64,000 nucleotides of DNA from Planctomycetota bacterium (GTDB lineage: Bacteria; Planctomycetota; UBA1135; UBA2386): NCBI GenBank assembly GCA_947501605.1, contig CANMWZ010000001.1:160001-224000 (forward strand). Reading direction: 5' to 3'. Positions 56,136 through 64,000 of the stretch are shown piece by piece. The notes beneath the pieces are model-generated. The model saw only the letters and a list, made by a program, of their open reading frames with translations. It had not been told where the DNA came from and ran no database searches. Every line of letters starts with the position of its first letter. Position 1 is the stretch's first letter. The position numbers and the translations under genes were made by a program.

Positions 56136-56597
56136 TCAGCGCCGCTTGCGGAAGAACGCGCGCAGCAACTCGGCACTGCGTTCGGCTTCACGGCCTTCGT
56201 CGACGGTGCACCGGTGATTCAACCGCTCGTCCTCCAGAATCTGCGCCAGCGAACGCACCGCGCCGAACTTCGGGTCGCGCGCACAGTAGACCACGCGACG
56301 GACGCGCGCGTGCAGGATCGCGCCAGCGCAGAGGAAACACGGCTCCAGCGAGCAGTACAGCGTCGTCAACGGCAGGCGCTTGTCCCCCGCCGCGACCAAG
56401 GCGCGCTGAATCGCCTCCATCTCGGCGTGAGCGAGTGGCGAGCGCAGCTCCTCGACGCGATTGCGTCCCTCACCCAACAGCCGATCTCCAAGCACCACGA
56501 CCGCGCCCACAGGAACTTCGCCAGCGGCGCCAGCTTCGGTGGCAAGTTCGAGGCAGCGCTCGATCCAGTGCGCGTCCCAGTCGATCGGATTGGTCAT
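56136..56597 (-). CDS. tadA: tRNA-specific adenosine deaminase
   Basis: GEVPVGAV, AHAEM, LEPCFLCAGA, DPKFGA, LNH, FF...R. Confidence 0.93.
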   Translation of the reverse strand: MTNPIDWDAHWIERCLELATEAGAAGEVPVGAVVVLGDRLLGEGRNRVEELRSPLAHAEMEAIQRALVAAGDKRLPLTTLYCSLEPCFLCAGAILHARVRRVVYCARDPKFGAVRSLAQILEDERLNHRCTVDEGREAERSAELLRAFFRKRR

Positions 56598-56724
56598 CGT
56601 CGGTTCCCGCGTGGCAAGCGCGCAGTCGGGTCATCATCGCGAGGCGCGCGCGGCGAGGCCACAGCCGCGTAGACTCGTGCAGGCCTGGAGCTACCATCCC
56701 GCTTTTCCACCAGTGCTGGGACAC

Positions 56725-57723
56725 GTGACCAAACGCGACTTCCTCTCGTCGATCGACATCAGCCGCCATCAACTCGAGGACATGCTCGAGCTGGCCGCGC
56801 GAGCCAAAGGCAAGCGTCCGGGCCAAGTTCTCGCCGGCAAGACTCTGGGCCTGTTGTTCTTCGATCCGAGCCTGCGCACGCGCGTCAGTTTCGACGTCGC
56901 AATGGTCCAGTTGGGTGGCAGCTGCATCAACCTGTCCCGCGACGACCTCTATGAGCTCGAGCCCAAGGAGCAGGCGGTCATGGATGGCATCGCGGAAGAA
57001 CACGTCATGGACGCCGCGCGCACGTTGTCGCGCTACGTCGATGCGCTGGGTGTCCGCTCGGTCACGCGAACGGGGTCCTGGGCTCGGGATCGCCAGGAGG
57101 TACTGCTGCGCAGCTACGCGCGCCACGCGACCGTGCCAGTCATCAACCTCGAGACCTGCTTCGAACACCCGTGCCAGGCGGTCGCCGACATCTTCACGAT
57201 GCGCGAGCAGTTGCTGCAGCTGAAAGGTCGTCGACTCACGCTCGCGTGGAGCATGCACCCCGACCCCAAACCGCTCGGCCCGACCCACTCGGTGCTCACG
57301 CTCGCTGCGATGATGGGCATGAACATCACGCTGGCCCACCCACTCGGTTTCGAGGTCGACGACGAAGTGCTGCAGCGCAGCCGGGGACTGGCGCAGGAGT
57401 CCGGCGGCTCGGTGCAGGTCGTCAACGACCTGCGCGCCGGCGCGCGCGACTCCGAGGTCCTGTATGTCCGCTCGTGGGGTTCGACCAAGTACTGGGAGGA
57501 TTCCGAGCGGGAGGCCATGGTCAAGCGCTCGCTTTCGGACTGGCGGGTCGATCGCGACCTGATGGCAACGACCCAGAACGCGCTGCTGATGCACCCTCTG
57601 CCTGTGCGTCGCAACGTAGTTGCAACCGACGAGGTGCTTGATGGCCCGCGCTCGGTCATCTACGACCAGGCTGCCAACCGAACCCACGTGCAAAAGGCAC
57701 TGCTGATGCAGTTGCTGAAGTGA
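56725..57723 (+). CDS. N-acetylornithine carbamoyltransferase (ArgF'-type)
   Basis: FFDPSLRTR.SF, EEH..DAAR.LSRY, VINLE...HPCQ, W..HP.PKP, MHPLPVRRNV; start at GTG 56725. Confidence 0.8.
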   Translation: MTKRDFLSSIDISRHQLEDMLELAARAKGKRPGQVLAGKTLGLLFFDPSLRTRVSFDVAMVQLGGSCINLSRDDLYELEPKEQAVMDGIAEEHVMDAARTLSRYVDALGVRSVTRTGSWARDRQEVLLRSYARHATVPVINLETCFEHPCQAVADIFTMREQLLQLKGRRLTLAWSMHPDPKPLGPTHSVLTLAAMMGMNITLAHPLGFEVDDEVLQRSRGLAQESGGSVQVVNDLRAGARDSEVLYVRSWGSTKYWEDSEREAMVKRSLSDWRVDRDLMATTQNALLMHPLPVRRNVVATDEVLDGPRSVIYDQAANRTHVQKALLMQLLK

Positions 57724-57740
57724 GACCGGCGGCTCGCTCC

Positions 57741-57786
57741 GCGTTCAGTTCGGTTTGGCGGCAGCGTTCAGTTCGGTTTGGAGGCA
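57741..57786. repeat. 23-bp direct duplication spanning a stop codon
   Basis: gcgttcagttcggtttggcggca / gcgttcagttcggtttggaggca; the second copy contains the TGA of 57768..58790. Confidence 0.85.
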
Positions 57787-58790
57787 GACGGTGGAGGACG
57801 GCAATAGCCCTCGGCGAGCGCAACTTGGCGCAAGCCCTCCATCAGACCGGTTTGGGGTCGGAAGCCAACGAGGCGTAGCGCCGCCGCGCCATCCGCAACC
57901 CATCCGGCGGCGCCCAACTCGCGAACTTTGTCGGCGTTGAAATAGCTAGCGCGACGAGTCACAGCAGCGATCAGGTCGCAAACCGAAGCGGCCGCTGCAG
58001 CGATCGGGAGCGGCACCGGCAGGAGCCGAGCCCTTCGATCGCACGCCGCCGCGATTGCTCGCAAGAAGGCGTGTGTGTCGGTGCGCTCCTTGCCATCGAG
58101 CGGCAACACTGCGCCTTCTGGTTGCGAACGTGCCACGGCAAGCAGCGCCAGCACGACGTCGCGCACATGGACCACCGAAAGCGGCTGCGCCCGCGGTGGT
58201 ACTGGGCACAGCATTCCCAGTGCTTGCCGAAAGACCAGCCGGGTCGCCGCATCAGCCGGACCGAACACCACGGGTGGTCGCACGATCGCGACACGAGCGC
58301 AACGCTGCAGCATTGCGATCTCGCCCAATCGCTTGCTGTCGCCGTACCAGGAGACGGTTCGGCACTGAGAGGGAGGTAGATCGGTGCCGCGGCCGTCGAT
58401 CGACGGGCCAGCGGCTGCCAGCGAGGACACGTGCACCACGAACGCCGAGGGTGCGTGCGCCGCAATTGCATCGGCAAGTATGGCCGTGCCATCGCGATTG
58501 ACGGCTAGGTAGTCGGCAGCTCGGACCGCCTTCAGGGTGCCGGCGAGATGGAACACGAGACTGACGCCAGCAACCGCGTCGCGCACAGCCAGAGCATCGC
58601 GCAGATCACCCCGGCAGACGGATACCGCGGGAATTCCGCGCGCCGTCATCGCGGCAGGATCGCGTACGAGGCAACGCAATCGCGAGGGCGGCAGACCCAG
58701 GCGCAACAGGCTGCGGACCAGCTCGGCGCCCAAGAAACCGGTCGCCCCAGTGACTAGGCACGAGGTCTCTTCGAGGAGCTGCACGGACAA
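57768..58790 (-). CDS. NAD-dependent epimerase/dehydratase (extended SDR) family oxidoreductase
   Basis: LVTGATGFLG, VFHLAG, VSSLAAAG, YGDSK, RPP.VFGP.D. Confidence 0.88.
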   Translation of the reverse strand: MSVQLLEETSCLVTGATGFLGAELVRSLLRLGLPPSRLRCLVRDPAAMTARGIPAVSVCRGDLRDALAVRDAVAGVSLVFHLAGTLKAVRAADYLAVNRDGTAILADAIAAHAPSAFVVHVSSLAAAGPSIDGRGTDLPPSQCRTVSWYGDSKRLGEIAMLQRCARVAIVRPPVVFGPADAATRLVFRQALGMLCPVPPRAQPLSVVHVRDVVLALLAVARSQPEGAVLPLDGKERTDTHAFLRAIAAACDRRARLLPVPLPIAAAAASVCDLIAAVTRRASYFNADKVRELGAAGWVADGAAALRLVGFRPQTGLMEGLRQVALAEGYCRPPPSASKPN

Positions 58791-58889
58791 AGAGTTTGTC
58801 AGGAGCCTTGCGAGAATCTAGCATTCCCCGCGCTTTACACGGCCGCGCCGAGCGGTGGCCCAGACCTGCGTAACCTCACAGCCAGCGAA

Positions 58890-60119
58890 GTGGATCTCTT
58901 TTCGAAGTGCGACGGGTTCACGCGGGCCCGCGATCTCCAGTCCATGGGGATGTACCCCTACTTCTTGCCGCTCTCAGGCAGCGAGGGAACCGAAGTCGAG
59001 ATCAACGGCCGCCGGTTGATCATGATCGGCAGCAACAACTATCTGGGCCTGACCCATCACCACAAGGTGTTGGAAGCGGCCCAGCAAGCACTGCTGAAGT
59101 TCGGGACATCGTGCTCGGGCTCCCGATTCTTGAACGGCACCCTCGAGTTGCACGAAGAGTTGGAGCGCCGACTTGCGCGCTTCATGGGCAAGGAAGCGGC
59201 CCTGTGCTTCTCCACCGGGTTCCAGACGAACCTAGGTGCGATCTCGTCGATCTGCGGCAAGGATGACGTCATCCTCTGCGATCGCGAGAACCACGCCTCG
59301 ATCATCGACGGCTGCCGCCTGAGCTTTGGCGACACGCGCAAGTGGCGGCACAACGACATGGCCGACCTCGAGGCCCAGCTTGCACGCGCCAAAGCGCAGG
59401 GCAAGGGCATGCTCATCGTGGTCGACGGACTCTATTCGATGATGGGCGACCTCGCAGATCTGCCGAGTATCGTCAAGCTGGCTCGTCACTACGGCGCGCG
59501 ATTGATGGTCGACGAAGCTCACTCGGTGGGCGTCCTCGGCAAGACGGGGCGCGGCGCGGCCGAGCACTTCGGGCTCGACGACGATGCCGACCTCGTGATG
59601 GGAACCTTCAGCAAGAGCTTCGCGAGCCTCGGAGGGTTCATCGCGGGCCCTGCGAACGTGATCCACTTCATGCGCCATCACGCGCGATCGCTGATCTTCT
59701 CCGCCGCCATCACGCCCGCATCGGCCGCCGCGGCGCTGGCGGCGCTCGATGTGATCGAGGCCGAACCGCAGCTGCGCACCCGTGTGCTCGACGTCGCCAA
59801 TCGCGTCCGAACCGGCCTGCGCAAGCTCGGTTTCACCGTCGGCGGCGCCCAGAACAGCCCGATTGTGCCCGTCATCGTCGGCGAACAAATTCGCATGCTG
59901 CGCATGTGGAAGATCCTGCTCGACTGCGGGCTGTTCACGAACCCGGTCACACAACCGGCCGTGCCGCCCGGTATGGATCTGATCCGCACGAGCTACATCG
60001 CGACGCACACCGACCGGCACATCGAGCAGATCCTGGAACGATTCGCCGAAGCCGGAGAGCGCGTCGGCGTACTCGGAGCGCTCGGTCAGCACAAAGGGCC
60101 GATCGAAGCGGCAGGCTAA
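58890..60119 (+). CDS. PLP-dependent alpha-oxoamine synthase, most similar to bacterial serine palmitoyltransferase
   Basis: YPYF, GSNNYLGLT, GSRFLNGT..LH..LE, D..NHASI, DG..SM.GD, DEAHS.G, GTFSKS.AS.GGF; GTG start. Confidence 0.75.
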   Translation: MDLFSKCDGFTRARDLQSMGMYPYFLPLSGSEGTEVEINGRRLIMIGSNNYLGLTHHHKVLEAAQQALLKFGTSCSGSRFLNGTLELHEELERRLARFMGKEAALCFSTGFQTNLGAISSICGKDDVILCDRENHASIIDGCRLSFGDTRKWRHNDMADLEAQLARAKAQGKGMLIVVDGLYSMMGDLADLPSIVKLARHYGARLMVDEAHSVGVLGKTGRGAAEHFGLDDDADLVMGTFSKSFASLGGFIAGPANVIHFMRHHARSLIFSAAITPASAAAALAALDVIEAEPQLRTRVLDVANRVRTGLRKLGFTVGGAQNSPIVPVIVGEQIRMLRMWKILLDCGLFTNPVTQPAVPPGMDLIRTSYIATHTDRHIEQILERFAEAGERVGVLGALGQHKGPIEAAG

Positions 60120-60121
60120 CC

Positions 60122-60712
60122 ATCGCCACGCACCGCGAGCAGCGGGATGCATTCGGCGCGGCCTACCTAGGCTCCGTGGCGCAGCAGATCCGGGCATGTC
60201 GGTTGTTCACGCAGAACAACCTGAACCGCGACTTCGTGGGCACTCGGGGGTTCTCGGTGGTGTTTCGCCGCGAACAGCGCGACCAAGTAACGACGACCTT
60301 CCCGTTCTTCACGCGCTACCTCGACCGCGTGCTGCACGACGAGTGCAACGCGTTTTATCTCAACCCCCTTCAACTCGGTGCCGGCTCACGCGTCGACCCC
60401 CACATTGACCGCAGCCTGCGTAGCTACTGCAAGGATGTTGCCACGCCCCTCTGGGTGAGCGTTCTCTACATCGAAGTTCCAACCGCGATGAAGGGCGGTG
60501 GATTGGTGCTTGCGCGCGGCAAACGCATTCTTGCGCGAATCGAGCCGCGTGCCGACCTGCTGATTGAGTTTGATGGCGACCTCACGCATTCCGTCGAACG
60601 AGTCGACACCGACGGCCTGCGGCTCAGCCTCGTCTGCGAGCAGTATGCGCTGCTGCCGGAGGAACTCGAAATGGTGCCCGATTACGGCGTCGAGTCGCGC
60701 GCGCGCTACTGA
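60122..60712 (+). CDS. 2OG-Fe(II) oxygenase family protein (start uncertain)
   Basis: 3' part of ORF 59342..60712; HID...GG.L...F.GDLTH.V...RLSLV gives the HxD...H...RxS signature. First canonical start is GTG 60176; an in-frame ATC is at 60122. Confidence 0.75.
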   Translation: MATHREQRDAFGAAYLGSVAQQIRACRLFTQNNLNRDFVGTRGFSVVFRREQRDQVTTTFPFFTRYLDRVLHDECNAFYLNPLQLGAGSRVDPHIDRSLRSYCKDVATPLWVSVLYIEVPTAMKGGGLVLARGKRILARIEPRADLLIEFDGDLTHSVERVDTDGLRLSLVCEQYALLPEELEMVPDYGVESRARY

Positions 60713-60768
60713 GCAGCCACCAAGAACGCGGCCTTTCGCCACTCCTGCTGCCGCGTAGATTGTGACCA

Positions 60769-63700
60769 ATGTCCGAGGCGCCCGATTTCGTCCACTTGCG
60801 CACGCGTTCGCACTACAGCCTGCTGAGTGCGCCCGTGAAGGTAGCCGACCTCGTCCAGGCGGCTGCGGCCGACGGGCAGAAGGCGCTGGCGCTGACTGAC
60901 AATGGCAACCTCTTCGGCGCGATCGAGTTCTACAAGAGCTGCAAAGAGCTAGGGCTCCGCTCGGTCATCGGCCAGACCACGTTTGTTGCTGCCAAGACTC
61001 GACGAACCACGGCCGGTGGTGACAACCCCACCTACGATCTCACCCTGCTAGCTGAGAACAACGAAGGCCTCGACAACCTGCGCACGCTCTCCTCTCTCGC
61101 CTACCTTGAGGGCTTCAGCTACAAGCCGCGCGTCGACTTCGAACTGTTGGCCCAGTACGGGAAGGGCCTCATCTGCCTCAGCGGCTCGACACACGGTTGG
61201 ATCGGCCAGGCGCTGCAGCAGAACGATGGCGCCGCGGCAGTCGCCGCCGCATCCCAACTGCGCGACCTGTTCGGCGTCGATCGGTTCTTCCTCGAGGTCG
61301 GGGAAAACGGCAGCGAGGTCATGCGCAAGGTCACAGCCGGCAAGCGCGAGGTGGGCAAGCGACTCGACATCCGGTGTGTCGCGACCAACGACGTTCACTA
61401 CCTCAAGCAGGACGACTGGCTCGCACATGACATCATGCTGTGCGTCCGCGGCGGCAAGACAGTCGCAGATCAAGATCGCTTCCGCATGGCATCGCGCGAG
61501 TTGTGGCTGAAGACCCGCGCCGAAATGGCCGCAGCGTTTCGTGACTGGCCGGATCCGCTCCAGCAGACCGTCACGATTGCGGAGCGCTGCAGCGTCGACA
61601 TCAAGTTTGGTGTCTACCACCTGCCCGCCTTCACGCCCGAGAGCGGCGAACCAACCGACGCCTACTTCGAGCGGCGCTGCCGCGAGGGCGCGCGGCAGCG
61701 CTACGGCACCATCTCCGAAGAGGTCCAGGCCCGACTCGACTATGAGATCGAGGTCGTCAAGAAACTCGGCTTCGTCAGCTACTTCCTGATCGTTCAGGAC
61801 TTCATCCTCAAGGCGAAGGAGCTGGGCATCCCGGTCGGACCGGGACGAGGCTCGGCAGCCGGTTCGATCGTCGCCTACGTGCTGCAGATCACTGCCGTCG
61901 ATCCTCTGCGCTACGCATTGCTCTTCGAGCGATTCCTAAACCCCGGCCGCATCTCCATGCCGGATATCGATATCGACTTCTGTGGAGAGCGGCGCGACGA
62001 GGTCATTCAATACGTCCGCCAGAAGTACGGCCACGACTGCGTGTGCCAGATCATCACGTTCGGCACGATGGCGAGCCGCGGGGTGCTGCGCGACGTCGGC
62101 CGAGTCCTCGACTTCGAGGTCTCCGAGATCGACAAGCTCTGCAAGAAAGTGCCGCAGGGACCCGGTGCATCGCTCGCAGCTGCTCTTGAGTCCGATGCGG
62201 AGCTCAAGCAGATCCGCGATAGTTCGGCCCCGCACAAGCGCCTGTTCGACCTATCGCTCAAGCTCGAAGGGCTTGCACGCCATTCGTCAGTCCACGCCGC
62301 AGGTGTCGTGATTGCCGACCGTCCGCTGCGCGACTACGCACCGCTCTGCAAGAACGGAGAAGACATCATCACGCAGTGGCAGATGACTGAACTCGAGGAG
62401 GTCGGCCTGCTGAAAATGGACTTCCTTGGTCTCAAGACGCTAACGATCTTGACCGAGGCAACGCGGCTCGTCGAACTGGTCCAAGGAAAGACGATCGATC
62501 TGGCGAAGCTGCCCCTCGACGACCCCGCCACCTACGCACTGATGACAAGGGGTGAGACGCAGGGCGTGTTCCAGTTGGAATCCTCGGGTATGCGCGAGTT
62601 GCTGTCGCGCCTCAAGCCCGACACCTTCGAGGATGTGATCGCCGTACTCGCGCTGTATCGACCCGGCCCACTCGGCTCAGGCATGGTCGACATGTTCTGT
62701 CGACGTAAGCACGGCGAAGAGGAAACCAAGTACCCCAACGATGACCTACGTCCCGTGCTCGAACCCACCTACGGGGTCATCGTCTACCAGGAACAGGTGA
62801 TGCAGATTGCCAACGTGATCGGCTCGTTCTCGATGAGCGATGCCGACAACCTTCGCAAAGCAATGGGCAAGAAGAAGCCGGAGGTCATGGCGAAGTTCAA
62901 AGACCAGTTCATCGCCGGCGCGGTATCGCGCGGCTATGGCGACAAGTTCGCCAAGGAACTGTTTGAGACAATGGAGTACTTCGCCGGCTACGGGTTCAAC
63001 AAGTCGCACTCGACGGCCTATGCCCTGGTCACCTATCAGACGGCGTGGCTCAAGGCGCACTATCCGATCGAGTTCATGGCCGCGAATCTGACCGTCGAGT
63101 CCGGCAACTCGGACAAGATCAAGGAGTTCGTCGACGAGGCACGGCGCGGAGGAATCCGCATCCTGCAGCCGAGCATCAACCACAGCATGCGCCGCTTCCA
63201 CGTCGAAGACGGGGCGATTCGCTATGGCATCGGCGCGATCAAGGGCCTCGGTGCACGCGCTGCGGACATGATGGTCGATACCAGACAGAAGACTGGGGCC
63301 TTCGGCTCGCTCGAAGAACTCTGCGAGCGGCTCGACGCCAATGTGGTGAACAAGACGGCCCTTGAGGCAATGGTCCAGGCTGGTGCCTTCGACGGCCTGG
63401 GCCGTAGTCGCCAAACGACGTTTGGCGCCATCGAGTCCGCGCTGCGTTCCTCCGCCCTCGCCCGCGAGGACAGGCGCCGCGGCCAAAAGATGCTGTTCGG
63501 CGCCCCTCCTCCCGAAGCCCATACGCCTGCCACCAGCGGTGGTCTGCAACGAACAGACGAGTGGCCGGAAGCGGATCGCCTGGCGCGCGAGAAGGAATCG
63601 CTGGGCTTCTACCTCTCCGGACATCCGTTTGAGAAGCGCGGTGCATTCCTTCGCCGTGTCGCAGGCCATACGACGGCGACTGCTGGTTCTATCTCTGGCG

Positions 63701-64000
63701 GCGAGACCGTACGAATTGCCGGCATGGTGAGCTCGGTTCGGGTTCTCCAGATCAAGCAGGGAAAGAACGCGGGCCAGAAGATGGCACGATTTCAACTGGA
63801 GGACCTCGACGGCCAGATCGCAGTCACCTGCTTCGCACGTGCGTATGCCCGACTCAAGGAACGCATCGTCGATGACGCCATCGTGTTCTTGTCCGGACGC
63901 ATCGACGAAAAGAGCGAGGAGAAGGCGCTGCTCCTCGACGAAATCGAGCCAGCCGCGGAAGTCGTCCGTCGTGAGGTGGCGGGGCTAGTCCTCTCGCTAC
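60769..64000 (+). CDS. dnaE: DNA polymerase III alpha subunit (3' end outside the window)
   Basis: Not in the ORF track (no stop). MSEAPDFVHL..YSLL, ATNDVHY, VGPGRGSAAGS, FERFLNP, MPDIDIDF, HAAGVV, LKMDFLGL, GVFQLES, YGFNKSH. Confidence 0.97.
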   Translation, partial: MSEAPDFVHLRTRSHYSLLSAPVKVADLVQAAAADGQKALALTDNGNLFGAIEFYKSCKELGLRSVIGQTTFVAAKTRRTTAGGDNPTYDLTLLAENNEGLDNLRTLSSLAYLEGFSYKPRVDFELLAQYGKGLICLSGSTHGWIGQALQQNDGAAAVAAASQLRDLFGVDRFFLEVGENGSEVMRKVTAGKREVGKRLDIRCVATNDVHYLKQDDWLAHDIMLCVRGGKTVADQDRFRMASRELWLKTRAEMAAAFRDWPDPLQQTVTIAERCSVDIKFGVYHLPAFTPESGEPTDAYFERRCREGARQRYGTISEEVQARLDYEIEVVKKLGFVSYFLIVQDFILKAKELGIPVGPGRGSAAGSIVAYVLQITAVDPLRYALLFERFLNPGRISMPDIDIDFCGERRDEVIQYVRQKYGHDCVCQIITFGTMASRGVLRDVGRVLDFEVSEIDKLCKKVPQGPGASLAAALESDAELKQIRDSSAPHKRLFDLSLKLEGLARHSSVHAAGVVIADRPLRDYAPLCKNGEDIITQWQMTELEEVGLLKMDFLGLKTLTILTEATRLVELVQGKTIDLAKLPLDDPATYALMTRGETQGVFQLESSGMRELLSRLKPDTFEDVIAVLALYRPGPLGSGMVDMFCRRKHGEEETKYPNDDLRPVLEPTYGVIVYQEQVMQIANVIGSFSMSDADNLRKAMGKKKPEVMAKFKDQFIAGAVSRGYGDKFAKELFETMEYFAGYGFNKSHSTAYALVTYQTAWLKAHYPIEFMAANLTVESGNSDKIKEFVDEARRGGIRILQPSINHSMRRFHVEDGAIRYGIGAIKGLGARAADMMVDTRQKTGAFGSLEELCERLDANVVNKTALEAMVQAGAFDGLGRSRQTTFGAIESALRSSALAREDRRRGQKMLFGAPPPEAHTPATSGGLQRTDEWPEADRLAREKESLGFYLSGHPFEKRGAFLRRVAGHTTATAGSISGGETVRIAGMVSSVRVLQIKQGKNAGQKMARFQLEDLDGQIAVTCFARAYARLKERIVDDAIVFLSGRIDEKSEEKALLLDEIEPAAEVVRREVAGLVLSL

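Noticed and set aside
59342..60121. N-terminal part of the 456-aa ORF as a real extension of the oxygenase
   Set aside because: It overlaps the SPT-like gene out of frame and reads as Arg/Ala/Pro-rich off-frame sequence.

Overview
High-GC bacterial chromosomal segment, most likely from a Planctomycetota/PVC-type organism (inference from gene families and arrangement; not verified). No integrase, transposase, prophage gene or CRISPR array is recognisable. About 45 CDS, mostly housekeeping: LPS heptosyltransferase, Na+/solute symporter pair, nth, lon, EF-G2, pyrB, coaX, obgE-rpmA-rplU, RNase E/G, rpoN-truA-hpf-ptsN-HPr, hrpB, dnaX-ybaB-recR, tadA, N-acetylornithine carbamoyltransferase and a partial dnaE. 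It also carries two tRNA-Ser genes and the SRP RNA. Type IV pilus/T2SS genes are dispersed (pilM, pilN, a PilO-PilP-like fusion, secretin, pilT, a GspC-like PDZ protein, pilD). The best candidate for an undescribed system is a 13.6-kb block (14950-28585, minus strand) of four large lipoproteins from two paralogous families in alternating A-B-A-B order. They share Ig-like and C-terminal beta-sandwich motifs and are followed by prepilin peptidase and an OmpA-type lipoprotein. Other oddities: PyrB fused to a PyrI-type Zn finger and an Ada-like tail; a putative sphingolipid locus (SPT-like enzyme, reductase, 2OG-Fe(II) oxygenase with no canonical start codon); a Tsr3/DTW-like enzyme coupled to an LPS gene; a truncated MnmE-like GTPase; phased 22-bp repeats upstream of pilM; palindromic 26-bp repeats between a tRNA and an extended SRP RNA; and recurrent TANNNT-(7-9 nt)-ATG starts. 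All calls are from manual motif reading; no searches were run.
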